64,000 bases of DNA, taken from the IMG/VR virus record IMGVR_UViG_2902759955_000002, positions 64,001-128,000 of that record, one strand, 5' to 3'. The translations under genes were made by a program, and so were the position numbers. Numbering within the stretch: the stretch's first letter is position 1; each line of letters opens with the position of its first letter. This stretch comes from a virus (lineage: Duplodnaviria; Caudoviricetes). The notes under the pieces are model-generated. The model saw only the letters and a list, made by a program, of their open reading frames with translations, had not been told where the DNA came from and ran no database searches. Below are positions 36,668 through 47,068 of the stretch, one piece after another.

Positions 36668-38629
36668 ATGACGACCCCTTTGACTCCGAATCTCAACTCA
36701 TCGGGTAGCTGGAACCTGACTGCGCCGTTCGCGGCACTCCTGACATCGAACGTCTCGTACAAGTGCGTTGCCATCCGCTCATTGAGCGACCTGATTGCTG
36801 CCGGCGCTGATCCGTATTCGCTTTACTACTCGGCGAACGGTTTGACGCAGGCGGACTATCAGGCCGACGTCACGGCTGGCGCGTCCATCGTCTCGTTGCA
36901 GTCCTCGAGCGGGAGTTGGGTGTATGTGCCGACGACCTACATCAGCCAGATGCCGGGCCAGAACAACATCTCCTGCACGTCCATCGTGCTGGGGGTGAAC
37001 CTCGGGCCGCTACCGGATTCGCTGGACCTCACGTTTGTGAAGACGCAGGTGGCCAATGCGGTGACCGATTCGCTGGGGGTGTCCAACCCAACCGTGGTGG
37101 GCCTGGCGGTTTCCGCCAAGACGCTGATCAGCTCCGCGGAAGCGGCTGCGGCCGCGGCGGCACGTCAGGCGGTGATCAACTCCATCGGTACGCCGACGGC
37201 GCAACTCATTGCCGCGCAGAAGACCGTCACCACGCAACAGACGGTCATCACGTCGCTTTCGGAGTACATCCAGACGCTGATCACGTCAGGTGTCATCCCG
37301 TCGGCTCAGATACCCGTCTCAGGCAGTACGCCCACGGTTCCCACCGTCACTGCGATGATCGACGCGAGTGTTCTGCCCAGTGGGATGACGCTCGATTCGA
37401 CGAATATGGTGGTCACCAGCACCGAGAACGCCTGGCAAACGGCGCGAACAACGTACGCACAGTCGATCGGCCTCTACTACGCAGAAGCCACGATCACCCG
37501 GCTGGCGGGGGCGATCGGCTTTGGGTTGTGCAACCAGAGCGAAGCCGCAGACGGCGAACTGGGTGCCGATTCGAACGGCATCATGATGTTCAACAACATC
37601 GCCAACGTGACCAGTGGTGTGTTCTATCTGGGCGGGGTGGTCGACACCATCGGCGACCAGGCGCCGCCGCAGGGCACGACAGTGGGGATCGCGGCGAACC
37701 TGACGTTGGGTCTGGTCTGGTTCTGGAACCCAGTCACCCAGCAGTGGAACGGCGACTCACTGGCCAATCAGGACCCGGCAGGCAGCGTCGGAGGGATCGA
37801 CATCACCAGCATCTGCCGATCCGGTTCGAATGCCGTCCAGGTCTATCCGGCGATCTCACTCTGGCAGTTGACGGACTCGGTAACGTACAACCCGGGCAGT
37901 AGTGCGTTCTCGAACACGATTCCGGATGGCTACTCGGCGTGGAACACGGATGCCAGCGCCACGGTGTCGACAGGTAGCACCACGACGACGACCCAGGTCG
38001 CCACGCTCGATCCGGTGAATTCGGGTACGGGCGGCACGCTCTCCAACAGTAACCTGACCTTTACCTCGTCCGGGGGCTGGCTGGTATCGCGCTCGACGAA
38101 CGCGCAGAATGCTGGCAAATACTACTTCGAAGTCACGGTGAACAACATCGCCGGCGGGGTAGCGATCGGTGTAGCGAATGGGCTGGCGAATCTGGGGCAG
38201 TCGCTTGGTCTCGACGCAAACAGCATCATTGCCTACGACGAGCTGACGTATGAGCCCGGGTCCGGGATCTTTGCCAACAATGCATACGTGACGGGCACCA
38301 TGGCGACGGAGGGCGAGTTCGCGATGGCTGCAGGGGCGGTGATCGGCGTGGCAGTCGATCTCACGAATGAGCTGATCTGGTTCTGGAATCCGGCAACGAG
38401 CCAGTGGAACTGTGACGTGATCGCCAATCAGGACCCGAGTACGGGTGCGGGTGGGATCAGTATTGGCGGTCTCACCGGCGTGGCCTATAACGGTTACGTC
38501 TACGCAGCCGTCTCTTGCTTCAGTACGGGCGACTCCGTGACGGCCAATCTTGGTGCGGCGGGTTTCACCAATCCGCTCCCGGCGGGATTCAGTGCGTGGG
38601 ACACATTGGTGCTGACCGTATCGACCTAG
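36668..38629 (+). CDS. virion protein with gp158-like N-terminus fused to two SPRY-like beta-sandwich domains
   Basis: YVPTTYI...LG.LP N-terminal domain; repeats YYAEATI / GKYYFEVTV and VGIAANL..GLVWFWN / IGVAVDL...LIWFWN. Confidence 0.7.
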   Translation: MTTPLTPNLNSSGSWNLTAPFAALLTSNVSYKCVAIRSLSDLIAAGADPYSLYYSANGLTQADYQADVTAGASIVSLQSSSGSWVYVPTTYISQMPGQNNISCTSIVLGVNLGPLPDSLDLTFVKTQVANAVTDSLGVSNPTVVGLAVSAKTLISSAEAAAAAAARQAVINSIGTPTAQLIAAQKTVTTQQTVITSLSEYIQTLITSGVIPSAQIPVSGSTPTVPTVTAMIDASVLPSGMTLDSTNMVVTSTENAWQTARTTYAQSIGLYYAEATITRLAGAIGFGLCNQSEAADGELGADSNGIMMFNNIANVTSGVFYLGGVVDTIGDQAPPQGTTVGIAANLTLGLVWFWNPVTQQWNGDSLANQDPAGSVGGIDITSICRSGSNAVQVYPAISLWQLTDSVTYNPGSSAFSNTIPDGYSAWNTDASATVSTGSTTTTTQVATLDPVNSGTGGTLSNSNLTFTSSGGWLVSRSTNAQNAGKYYFEVTVNNIAGGVAIGVANGLANLGQSLGLDANSIIAYDELTYEPGSGIFANNAYVTGTMATEGEFAMAAGAVIGVAVDLTNELIWFWNPATSQWNCDVIANQDPSTGAGGISIGGLTGVAYNGYVYAAVSCFSTGDSVTANLGAAGFTNPLPAGFSAWDTLVLTVST

Positions 38630-38646
38630 ACCCCGCCGTAGGCAAG

Positions 38647-38686
38647 CGGCATACAGGCCAGGGCAATGCCCTGGCCCTTATGTCCG
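38647..38686. terminator. bidirectional CATA-hairpin-TATG element
   Basis: CGGCATA..GGCCAGGGCA/TGCCCTGGCC..TATGTCCG. Confidence 0.7.
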
Positions 38687-39661
38687 TTAGTTGTATTGGA
38701 GGTTCGGCGCAGTGATCGATGTCGTCGCATTGATGGACGTGGCCGTCACCGGACCCACCACATTCATGCTGCCTTGAAGCGTCGCATTGCCGGCGATCTG
38801 AATCTGCCCCGTACCCTGTGAGCCAAAACTGCCGGAGTTGGCCGCAGTCACCATATCGCCATTCAGCCCGAACGCGCCGTTCTCGGTGAAATTGCCGTTG
38901 TGCGTGGTCTGGGTCGACTGGATCGTGGACTGCGTCGCGGTGACATTCCACGTGGTCAGATCCATCGTCAGCGTCTTGGTCTTCATGGTGATCGAATCGG
39001 GGATCGTCATGGTGAGCGTCGTGCCCATCATCTGCAAGACAGACTGGTCCCCGTTACCCAACTCCCAGCGGTTCTGGGTGGAGTCGAGCGTCAGGTAGTT
39101 CCCCATGCTGTCCTGCAGTTGCACCTGACCGCCTTTCGCATTGATCTGGAAGTCGTAGGTGGCAAATTCACCGTTCGCTTTGGACGTGTGCAGGGTGATC
39201 GACCCGGTGTGCGTCGAGACTTCGAGGAAGTAGCTGTTGTCCGCGGTGGTGCTCGCGCCTTCTTCCTGGGTGCCACTGAACGCATAGATCACCGTCTCCA
39301 GCTTACGCAGGTTCGAGTCATCCATCAGCGTCATCCAGAAATACTGGTCGGCGTCCGCAAACTGGTAAACCGCTACGTATGCGCCGCGCCGCACATCCGG
39401 CGATGTCTTACGGTTCCCGACACCCTGCTTGAACCACGTCGCCTTGATGGTGTTGGACGTGGCAACAGAGGTGTTGTAAGCCGTGCCGGTTGCATCTGTG
39501 CCGGTCGCGGTTTGGGTTGTGCCAGCGTCCGTGATAGCCCCGTTCAGAAAGGGCAAGTGTTCGATGGGAGTGACCTCGATGACGTCACTGGAAAGCGACT
39601 TGTTGGCAGCCACAATCCCCACGCTGTAGAACTTCAGCATAGAGGCTTTGATATCAGGCAT
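38687..39661 (-). CDS. baseplate hub/spike-like structural protein (gp164-like)
   Basis: YSVGIVAANK, IEVTPIE, NRKTSPDVRRG, LRKLETV; beta-strand repeat C-terminus. Confidence 0.7.
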   Translation of the reverse strand: MPDIKASMLKFYSVGIVAANKSLSSDVIEVTPIEHLPFLNGAITDAGTTQTATGTDATGTAYNTSVATSNTIKATWFKQGVGNRKTSPDVRRGAYVAVYQFADADQYFWMTLMDDSNLRKLETVIYAFSGTQEEGASTTADNSYFLEVSTHTGSITLHTSKANGEFATYDFQINAKGGQVQLQDSMGNYLTLDSTQNRWELGNGDQSVLQMMGTTLTMTIPDSITMKTKTLTMDLTTWNVTATQSTIQSTQTTHNGNFTENGAFGLNGDMVTAANSGSFGSQGTGQIQIAGNATLQGSMNVVGPVTATSINATTSITAPNLQYN

Positions 39662-39752
39662 AGCGTGCTCACAGACCGCGTGCTGCTCCGCGGATAAAAG
39701 TTATCTCACACGATTATTCTCTGTGGGCAAAACCGGGAAGAGAGACAACGCT

Positions 39753-42272
39753 ATGCGCTATGCCGAATTGCTGCTCAAAGGCTATAAACGCTTGCAGCTC
39801 AATCAGGTCGAGACATTCATTCTTCGACCCACCCAGATCGTGCAGCTGATCCTGGGTACGAATGGTTCGGGCAAATCTTCCCTGCTCAGGGAATTGACAC
39901 CGCTACCAGCCAACTCTGCCGATTTCGCCAAGGACGGTAAAAAGGCCATCACCATCGAAGACCGGGGACACACATACGTGTTGACCAATGACTTCGGTGC
40001 AGAGAAGAAACACAGCTTCATCAAGGACGAAGAAGAACTCAATCACGGCGGTACGGCCGCGGTCCAGAAGGAATTGGTCAAACAGGAATTCCAGATTACC
40101 AACGACACACATGAGCTGGTGACGGGGCTGGAAATCTTCACACAGATGAGTCCGTCGCGCCGTCGCGAGTGGTTCACGCAGCTCTCGGATGTCAACTACG
40201 ACTATGCGATCTCACGCTACAACCGGTTGCGTGAAGAGTTCCGCAATGTGTCGGGTGCGCTGAAGCTCGACAAGAAGCAACTCGTGGTGGAGCAGTCGAA
40301 GGTCATCACGGAAGAGGAGCAGCAGCGCCTCATTCAGGAAGTCCGAGCACTGCACGTGGAGATGACCCGGCTCATTGAGATGCGCTCGCCGATCGAGCGA
40401 CCCATCGAACAGGTGGATCGGGATCGACTGGCGGCCGAAGAACAGTTGCGCCTTCTCTCGGAGCGCCTCCTGCGCCTTCGAGTTGAAGCGCCAATGAGCA
40501 TGGTGCGCAATGAGTGGGGCGAATTGCAGCGCGCGACGTTCGCTTCGGTCGGGGCAGTCGACCAGCACGTGGAAAACATCCGGCATCAGATCACGGCGCA
40601 GGAAGCCGTGCTCAGCAAGAGCGTAACGGATCACGAAAAGCTCAAGGAGAATGCAGACATCCTGAAGCGCCGTGGGACCGATGGCGTGAAGTCCGTACAG
40701 CTTCGCATCACCGCGGCGCGCGAAGCCCGCGACGAGCTTCTAAAGGGGCGTCAGCTGGGGTTGGAAGGGTTCGACCCGCGCGCTGCGCTCAAAGCGCTTG
40801 ATTCGGTGGACCGGACACTCGAAGGGCTGCTCATGGAGCTGCCCGTCAATGAGGATCAGCGGTTCAGTTCGGCAAAACTCAACGAGCAGCGCGAGATCTC
40901 GGGACAGGTCAAACAGCAGCGTACGGCGAAGGCCGCCGAAGTGGCGCATTGGGAAGGCAAGAAGCAGCACCTCGAACAGCACAAGGCAAACGGTCGCACC
41001 GAGTGTCCGAAATGCCACCATGTTTTCACGCAAGGGGTGAGCGAAGAAGCGTTCACCGTGCTCACCAATCAGATCGAGAAGGCGAAGGCAGAACTCCGCG
41101 GGCTCGATGAAAGGCTTGCCGGTCTGGACGAGGTGATCGGGACCAACCAGTCCTATGGTGAGCTTTTCCGGGAGGTGCAGCTGACCTTGCGCGGGACGCC
41201 GGCGCTCAGTCCATTCTGGGATCACGTCCTGGAAACGCGCTTCCTGCAGAGCGCCCCGAAGCGAGTCGTGACCTTGCTGCATGCCTTGCGGCAGGACCTC
41301 GAACTGGAACTCAAGGCGCAACGCCACATCGACGAAATCGGCGAACTCCAGAAGCTCCTCGTGCAATCCGAAGAGCTTGGCGACGCCTCGCTCGCCGAGG
41401 TGACGCAGCAACTGGGTGAGGCGTCGCTCGTCATCGAGTCGCTCACGAAGGCGCTAGCTGGTGCCCGCCAGCAGTTGCACGCGTTTCAGACGTATCGCCG
41501 TCAACTGACCGAGGCTTTTGAGCTGCAGTTCAAGATCGAACAGACGGTCAAGAGCTTTGAGACCTTCACCCACCATCAGGTGGAGACACTGCGTCGCATG
41601 GCGATCCAGCGCTGCCTGGAGCAAACGCAGAGTGCACTTGCGCGCAAGGAAGAGATCCTCAACGTCCTCAACCAGCAAAAAGCGATTGTGGCAAATCTCA
41701 CGCTCACGATCGCGCGTCGCACGCTGGAAGAGGAAGCGCTCAAGATGACTGTGCGCGCGCTCTCGCCCACGGATGGTCTGATTGCTGATGGCCTGCTCGG
41801 TTTCATCAAGAGCTTCACGCAGCAGATGAACCAGCTGATCCGCAAGATCTGGGCGTACCCGCTGGAGATCCTGCCGTGCGGGATGAGCAGTGATCGGGGC
41901 ACGGAACTCGACTACAAGTTCCCGTTGATGGTCGGCACGCGCAGCAACGTCGTTGATGACATCAAGCGCGGCAGCAGCGGGATGCAGGAGATTGTCGATC
42001 TCGCTTTCAAGGTGGTCGCGATGAAGTATCTGGGGCTCGATCACGGTGCGCTCCCCCTCGATGAGTTTGGCAAGACACTCGACATGGAGCACCGCACGAC
42101 GGCCATGCAGGCGGTCAAACAACTGATGGAGACGCGTCCCTTCACACAGTTGTTTTTAATAAACCACTACTCCGAGCTTTACGGATCGTTCACGAACGCC
42201 GAAGTCTGCGTGCTCGATTCACGCAATATCGCTGTACCGCAAACCTACAACACGCATGTGACGATGCATTAA
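39753..42272 (+). CDS. sbcC: SbcC/Rad50-like SMC ATPase
   Basis: Walker A GTNGSGKSS, zinc hook CPKC, signature SSG, Walker B LDEFG, INH. Confidence 0.9.
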   Translation: MRYAELLLKGYKRLQLNQVETFILRPTQIVQLILGTNGSGKSSLLRELTPLPANSADFAKDGKKAITIEDRGHTYVLTNDFGAEKKHSFIKDEEELNHGGTAAVQKELVKQEFQITNDTHELVTGLEIFTQMSPSRRREWFTQLSDVNYDYAISRYNRLREEFRNVSGALKLDKKQLVVEQSKVITEEEQQRLIQEVRALHVEMTRLIEMRSPIERPIEQVDRDRLAAEEQLRLLSERLLRLRVEAPMSMVRNEWGELQRATFASVGAVDQHVENIRHQITAQEAVLSKSVTDHEKLKENADILKRRGTDGVKSVQLRITAAREARDELLKGRQLGLEGFDPRAALKALDSVDRTLEGLLMELPVNEDQRFSSAKLNEQREISGQVKQQRTAKAAEVAHWEGKKQHLEQHKANGRTECPKCHHVFTQGVSEEAFTVLTNQIEKAKAELRGLDERLAGLDEVIGTNQSYGELFREVQLTLRGTPALSPFWDHVLETRFLQSAPKRVVTLLHALRQDLELELKAQRHIDEIGELQKLLVQSEELGDASLAEVTQQLGEASLVIESLTKALAGARQQLHAFQTYRRQLTEAFELQFKIEQTVKSFETFTHHQVETLRRMAIQRCLEQTQSALARKEEILNVLNQQKAIVANLTLTIARRTLEEEALKMTVRALSPTDGLIADGLLGFIKSFTQQMNQLIRKIWAYPLEILPCGMSSDRGTELDYKFPLMVGTRSNVVDDIKRGSSGMQEIVDLAFKVVAMKYLGLDHGALPLDEFGKTLDMEHRTTAMQAVKQLMETRPFTQLFLINHYSELYGSFTNAEVCVLDSRNIAVPQTYNTHVTMH

Positions 42273-42285
42273 CTGAGATAGGACC

Positions 42286-43161
42286 ATGAAACACAAAGAC
42301 TTGACGGAGGCACTCACCGCCCTGAACCTGCGCGCCGGTGAGTTGCAACGCGACACGCTGCGGTTAAGCCTGCGCTTGCAGAGCGAAGGGATCGAGCCCG
42401 ATGCGAGCGAAGGGGTCGCCGATCGCGATGCACCGACCGCCGTGCAGCCCGGCACCGGAAGCAGCGACGGCATGGCGGAACTGATCGGCGAGATCGATCA
42501 TGTGCGCACAGAGCTGTTGTCGCACACCCCCTCGGCCGAGGAAGCGCTCACCAAGGCCAAGGATATCTTCCGCAATCAGGCCGAGCGGCGCGGCCAGTCC
42601 CATCTGGTCGGTCTGATCGATAAGGTCACGCTCGACGATCTGAAGGGGCGCTTACCCGCGAGCGGCACGGTGGTGCACGGCATTCAGGACAGAAGTACTG
42701 CCGCGCCTTCGGAACCGGTCGAACCGGGTCCCACACCGATCTACGATGCGAAGTCGCTGGAGAGCACGGGACTCGAAGGCTTGATCGGTCCAGGCAGCAT
42801 CTTCCTGAAAGAACTCGACAGCATGACGATCACGGGCGGGTGCGGACGTGTGGGTCTGAAGACGCCGGCGTTCTCCCAGCACTGGGACAACGACGTTCTC
42901 ACCATCGTGCAGTCGCGTCTGAAGAAGTGGCCGTCGGGCTTCTACCGCGACGAGAAGACCAAAGCCCGCCAACTGATGATCAAGACGGAACACTTCGCGA
43001 TCGTCCTCGAAGGCTTGCCGGCCAACAATGCCACGCCACAAGTCCTGTGGTTTGGTCGCGAGGGCGGTTTCCAGCCGGTGAATGCTTATCCGGTGCAGGA
43101 TCGCCAGCGTGTGTTCAACCTGACCAGTATCGCGCTGCGCCAGCTGGCCGTTGAATCCTGA
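42286..43161 (+). CDS. hypothetical protein
   Basis: AGGA RBS, 291 aa. Confidence 0.7.
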   Translation: MKHKDLTEALTALNLRAGELQRDTLRLSLRLQSEGIEPDASEGVADRDAPTAVQPGTGSSDGMAELIGEIDHVRTELLSHTPSAEEALTKAKDIFRNQAERRGQSHLVGLIDKVTLDDLKGRLPASGTVVHGIQDRSTAAPSEPVEPGPTPIYDAKSLESTGLEGLIGPGSIFLKELDSMTITGGCGRVGLKTPAFSQHWDNDVLTIVQSRLKKWPSGFYRDEKTKARQLMIKTEHFAIVLEGLPANNATPQVLWFGREGGFQPVNAYPVQDRQRVFNLTSIALRQLAVES

Positions 43162-43170
43162 TCAAGCTGC

Positions 43171-43219
43171 CGTCATAGACGCCAGAGAGAGCGCAAAGCT
43201 CTCTCTGGCGCTTATGCCG
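43171..43219. terminator. bidirectional CATA-hairpin-TATG element
   Basis: CGTCATA..CGCCAGAGAGAGC/GCTCTCTCTGGCG..TATGCCG. Confidence 0.7.
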
Positions 43220-43224
43220 TCTGG

Positions 43225-44478
43225 TTAGCTACCCGTGGTATTCAGGTCGCACCCGATCTGGAGCATGAATGCAGGGCTCAGGCACTGGGGCAACATCGGA
43301 ATCCGTGCGCTACTCAACGTGGTCTGTTCCCGAGCATTCACGGTGCGCCAGAGGAAGTTATCCTTGAGCGAGTCTTCCACGGCCAGACTCCACTGCCCGG
43401 CATCGAAAGTCGACCAATACTCCGAGACCTTTCCATACCCCAGCACGAGCGGATAGTCTGGCTTGACATAGCTCACGTATGCATTCGGCCACGGAGCAGT
43501 CTGTACCGGAACCTGGTTCGTGAAGATCTCCGTGTTATCCAGCAGCACGATAAAGGACTGCGAGAGCGTAAGCAGGGCCTCGATGGTCGCGTCGGACAAC
43601 ATCTCACTGACGGTGAACGCTTCCGGGTTGTTCGGGTTCGGTGTCAGCGGTAGGCTCGACAGGTCAATGAACTTCTTCGACTCGACGTAGCGCTCAAAGA
43701 GCGGGTAGTTGTTGAAGTCGATCATGATCGATTGGGAGCCGACCAAGCGAAAGGTTTTCGTATCCAGCACATGTAGATAGCCACCGATCACGAGCATCAC
43801 GGTCTTGTCCGTCAGGTCCTGCCCGACGTTCAGATAGGCGTGGTTGCAGTAGGACTGCTCGCTCGTCTGTTTGTAGAGCATGCTGCTCGTGATCGGGATG
43901 TAGGTGAGTGCGCCCAAATCCTCGAACGAGACGATCCCCAGCTTGTTCTTCCCGCACTGCACGGCGGACTTCATGCCGTTGATCACCCAGATACCGGTTT
44001 CATTGTCCGTCTCGAGCAGATGGAAGAAACCGTTGACCGAGACCATGCAGCTCTCAAAGAAAGTCTCGTAACTGATCCCGTCTTTCGTGAGTAACAGATC
44101 CGGCTTCGTTGCGGTGACCGCAGGACTGGAGAGCGAAGCCGTGTCCGAGATCGGCTGGATTGTGTAGCCCGCGCGGACGCCATCCTGATAGCGCGCGTAT
44201 TTCGATTCGAGCGTGGGGATGGTGGTGGACGTCGGTAAGGCCGTGTTGGCCAGCGCCGTCAGGTACGCATTGAACGTTTGCGTCTGATCCGTGATCGTCG
44301 ACAGGATGTCATTTAAATCGAGGCTCACTTCCCCCGTCACGAACGGGTTGGTCAAGACCGCATAGACCTTGGAGTAGCTTTGCGAGATGGTGAGAAACGT
44401 CATGTCGCCCAGATCAATGGCGCTCCACTGCTGGCTACCAGTGAGCGATTTTCCGATTGCGGAGACGAGCGTGTACAT
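43225..44478 (-). CDS. virion structural protein (gp130-like)
   Basis: MVSVNGFFH, MLVIGGYLH, LTLSQSF; divergent from the tail-fibre cluster. Confidence 0.7.
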   Translation of the reverse strand: MYTLVSAIGKSLTGSQQWSAIDLGDMTFLTISQSYSKVYAVLTNPFVTGEVSLDLNDILSTITDQTQTFNAYLTALANTALPTSTTIPTLESKYARYQDGVRAGYTIQPISDTASLSSPAVTATKPDLLLTKDGISYETFFESCMVSVNGFFHLLETDNETGIWVINGMKSAVQCGKNKLGIVSFEDLGALTYIPITSSMLYKQTSEQSYCNHAYLNVGQDLTDKTVMLVIGGYLHVLDTKTFRLVGSQSIMIDFNNYPLFERYVESKKFIDLSSLPLTPNPNNPEAFTVSEMLSDATIEALLTLSQSFIVLLDNTEIFTNQVPVQTAPWPNAYVSYVKPDYPLVLGYGKVSEYWSTFDAGQWSLAVEDSLKDNFLWRTVNAREQTTLSSARIPMLPQCLSPAFMLQIGCDLNTTGS

Positions 44479-44667
44479 GGGTTTTCCTCTTCGGAAATCG
44501 AGTCTGTAGATAGCGTGTTTTCGTGCGACCCTTGATGCCGAATGCCCCTGTTTCAATGCCGTTTTATGCACTGTTAGGAGTCCCTAGCGGGCTAGAGCGG
44601 CGTACATCGTATAGTCAAGTCGACACAACCATACGATGGGCTTTCCGGATTTTCGGGGGTTTCAAGC

Positions 44668-46956
44668 ATGACCACATCTTCAACTCTTTCGTATCCGTTC
44701 GATCCGACGGGTTCGTTGGCGTCGAATCTGATTTCGGGAGAGCAACAACAGTTGGTTGCTCAGAATTTCCGGGATCAGCACTTCATCGTTCCGCAGTTCG
44801 CCCCGTTCTTTTCGGATTCGCTGCAGATCACGTATCAGGACACGTCCGGCACCGTCAAGACCTTGGTCGAGGGTGTCGATTATTACGTCACGCACTGGTT
44901 TATTTCGGCGTCGCGCTCCTGTGCGATGCCGGTTTATGGCTCGATCAGTTTTATCGATACCGCCCTCGCTGGGCTTGTGTCGCTGAACTATCAGACCGTG
45001 GGCGGCGACTGGACCGTCTCTGCCTCCCAGATCGCCACCATCCTCGCCGATACCACGGACAATCCGCGCGTCACTGCGTGGGAGCAGGTGAGTGGTACGC
45101 CGTACGCGTTCCCGCCCGAAGCGCATAGCTGGGACATCACAGACCTCGTCGGGATGAGTGATGTCGTGACAGCGCTGGGTGCTATCCAGTCCACGCTGCA
45201 AACGACCGGTGGAGCAGGCCTCGCTGCGCACGAAGCTGATCACGATAACCCTCACGTCGTGACCGCGGCACAGGTAGGGCTGGGGAACGTCCAGAACTAT
45301 GCCGTCGCCGCAGACTCCGACGGCGCCATGGGCACGTCGAGCACGCTCTACATGACGCCCGCGTCAACCGCCGCAGCCATTCAGACGCAGGTGCTGGGAC
45401 TCATCGAAGGGCACATTGCCAACTACGATAACCCGCACCAGACCGATGCGGACCAAGTGGGTCTTGGCAACGTGCAGAACTACGGCGTGGCTGCCGACAG
45501 CGATGCGGCAAGCGCCACGTCAACGACGCTCTACATGACACCGGCCACGACGGCGGTGACCGTGAACACGCTGGTGGGTAACACGTTGTCCGCGCACATC
45601 CTGGACTACGACAATCCCCACGAGACGACGGCCGACCAGGTCGGCCTCGGACTGGTGCGTAATCTCACCACGGCCACGAACGACGACGCCGCGGCAGGGA
45701 CGAGCAACGACCTGTACATGACACCCGCCACCGTGATGGCGGCCATTACCTCGACCGGTACCGCGGGCGCGCTGCAGGCGCACATCACCAACTACGACAA
45801 TCCGCATGAAACCACGGCGGATCAGGTAGGGGCGTTCTCGCAGGACGAGATCAACACGATGTTGCAGGGCTACGTGAGCACCACGGGCACCGCAGCGAAT
45901 TCCACTTTGGTCTACAGCCTCACCCAGTCTGAGCTGACGTCGGCCATTCTCGCTGGCACCGCCAACAACGCGGCGAACTTCGGGGGATTGACACCCGCAC
46001 AGTGGCAGACCTACCTGCTGGGCCAGACCTCGGCGAACTCGACGCTCTTTGGCGACATGAGTGTCGACGACTGGCAGACCTACATCGCCAACGCCACTGT
46101 GGCCAACGCCACCCAGTTTAACGGGATGACGGCTTCGGCATGGACGGCGCAAATCGCCGGCATGACGGTCGCCAATGCGACGACGGTTGGTGGTCTGAGT
46201 GTAATTGCGCTGACGACGCAGATCCTCGCCGGGTCCGCGGCAAATGCGAACCTGGCTTATGGCCTCACGCAAGCGCAACTCACGACGGCGATTCTCTCGG
46301 GCACGGCGAACAACGCCACGTCGCTGGAAAACCTCACGGTCAACCAGTTGCAGGCGCAGTTCATCACGGCGTCGAATGCACAGCTCTGGACAGCAGGCAC
46401 GGCCGCGGCACAGGAAACGGTCCCCGCGAGCACGGACACAACGGACGCGACGATCTGGACCGCACTGGGCAAGCTGAACATGCCGGGCTCCGCGCAATCG
46501 CAGAAGAACTTCCCGGACGTGCAGTGGATCGTCGTTGGGGGAGAGGCGAGTACAGACACGCAAAGCGGCGCATGGCTTGTGCGCTGCTCGGTACGCGATA
46601 CGACGCAGACCAATAACGTCAACCTCCAGGTGATTAGCCTGATGGGTATCAACACGACGACGACGGTCTTCGGCTACACGATCGATAACTCGGTCGCAAA
46701 CGCACCCGTACTGACCATCTGGACAAGCGCGCCTGGCGGGACCAACCCGATCACGGTGACGTCGCTCTCGGAGAACAGCAGCGAATTCCAGGCAAGCATC
46801 GCCACGGTCGTTGCGGAGCCGAGCGGCATCGTCTACAGCACCGCCGATACGTTTGCGCTCGCCTCCGAGATGAGCAACATGCTCACCCAGTTGACCACGG
46901 CGTTCACCGCCCTCGCCAATGCCGTCAATGGCACGAGCGACGGCACCAGCAGCTGA
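44668..46956 (+). CDS. tail fibre protein (gp131 family)
   Basis: YPFDPTG..N.I..E N-terminus, YQTVGG; repeats H...NPH..T..QVGLGNV.NY. Confidence 0.75.
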   Translation: MTTSSTLSYPFDPTGSLASNLISGEQQQLVAQNFRDQHFIVPQFAPFFSDSLQITYQDTSGTVKTLVEGVDYYVTHWFISASRSCAMPVYGSISFIDTALAGLVSLNYQTVGGDWTVSASQIATILADTTDNPRVTAWEQVSGTPYAFPPEAHSWDITDLVGMSDVVTALGAIQSTLQTTGGAGLAAHEADHDNPHVVTAAQVGLGNVQNYAVAADSDGAMGTSSTLYMTPASTAAAIQTQVLGLIEGHIANYDNPHQTDADQVGLGNVQNYGVAADSDAASATSTTLYMTPATTAVTVNTLVGNTLSAHILDYDNPHETTADQVGLGLVRNLTTATNDDAAAGTSNDLYMTPATVMAAITSTGTAGALQAHITNYDNPHETTADQVGAFSQDEINTMLQGYVSTTGTAANSTLVYSLTQSELTSAILAGTANNAANFGGLTPAQWQTYLLGQTSANSTLFGDMSVDDWQTYIANATVANATQFNGMTASAWTAQIAGMTVANATTVGGLSVIALTTQILAGSAANANLAYGLTQAQLTTAILSGTANNATSLENLTVNQLQAQFITASNAQLWTAGTAAAQETVPASTDTTDATIWTALGKLNMPGSAQSQKNFPDVQWIVVGGEASTDTQSGAWLVRCSVRDTTQTNNVNLQVISLMGINTTTTVFGYTIDNSVANAPVLTIWTSAPGGTNPITVTSLSENSSEFQASIATVVAEPSGIVYSTADTFALASEMSNMLTQLTTAFTALANAVNGTSDGTSS

Positions 46957-47068
46957 CCTGTAGCACAACCACCAGCGTAAGCGACCTGCGGGGTGCAGTA
47001 CTGCCCTGCAGGTCGTCTATTCCTTGTGCTGAACCTTTCTGATTCGGCTCAAGCCGGAGTTTTAGAAC

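Noticed and set aside
44479-44667. Intergenic hairpin CATCGTAT/ATACGATG as an ncRNA or tRNA
   Set aside because: No cloverleaf or recognisable family; more simply a divergent promoter region
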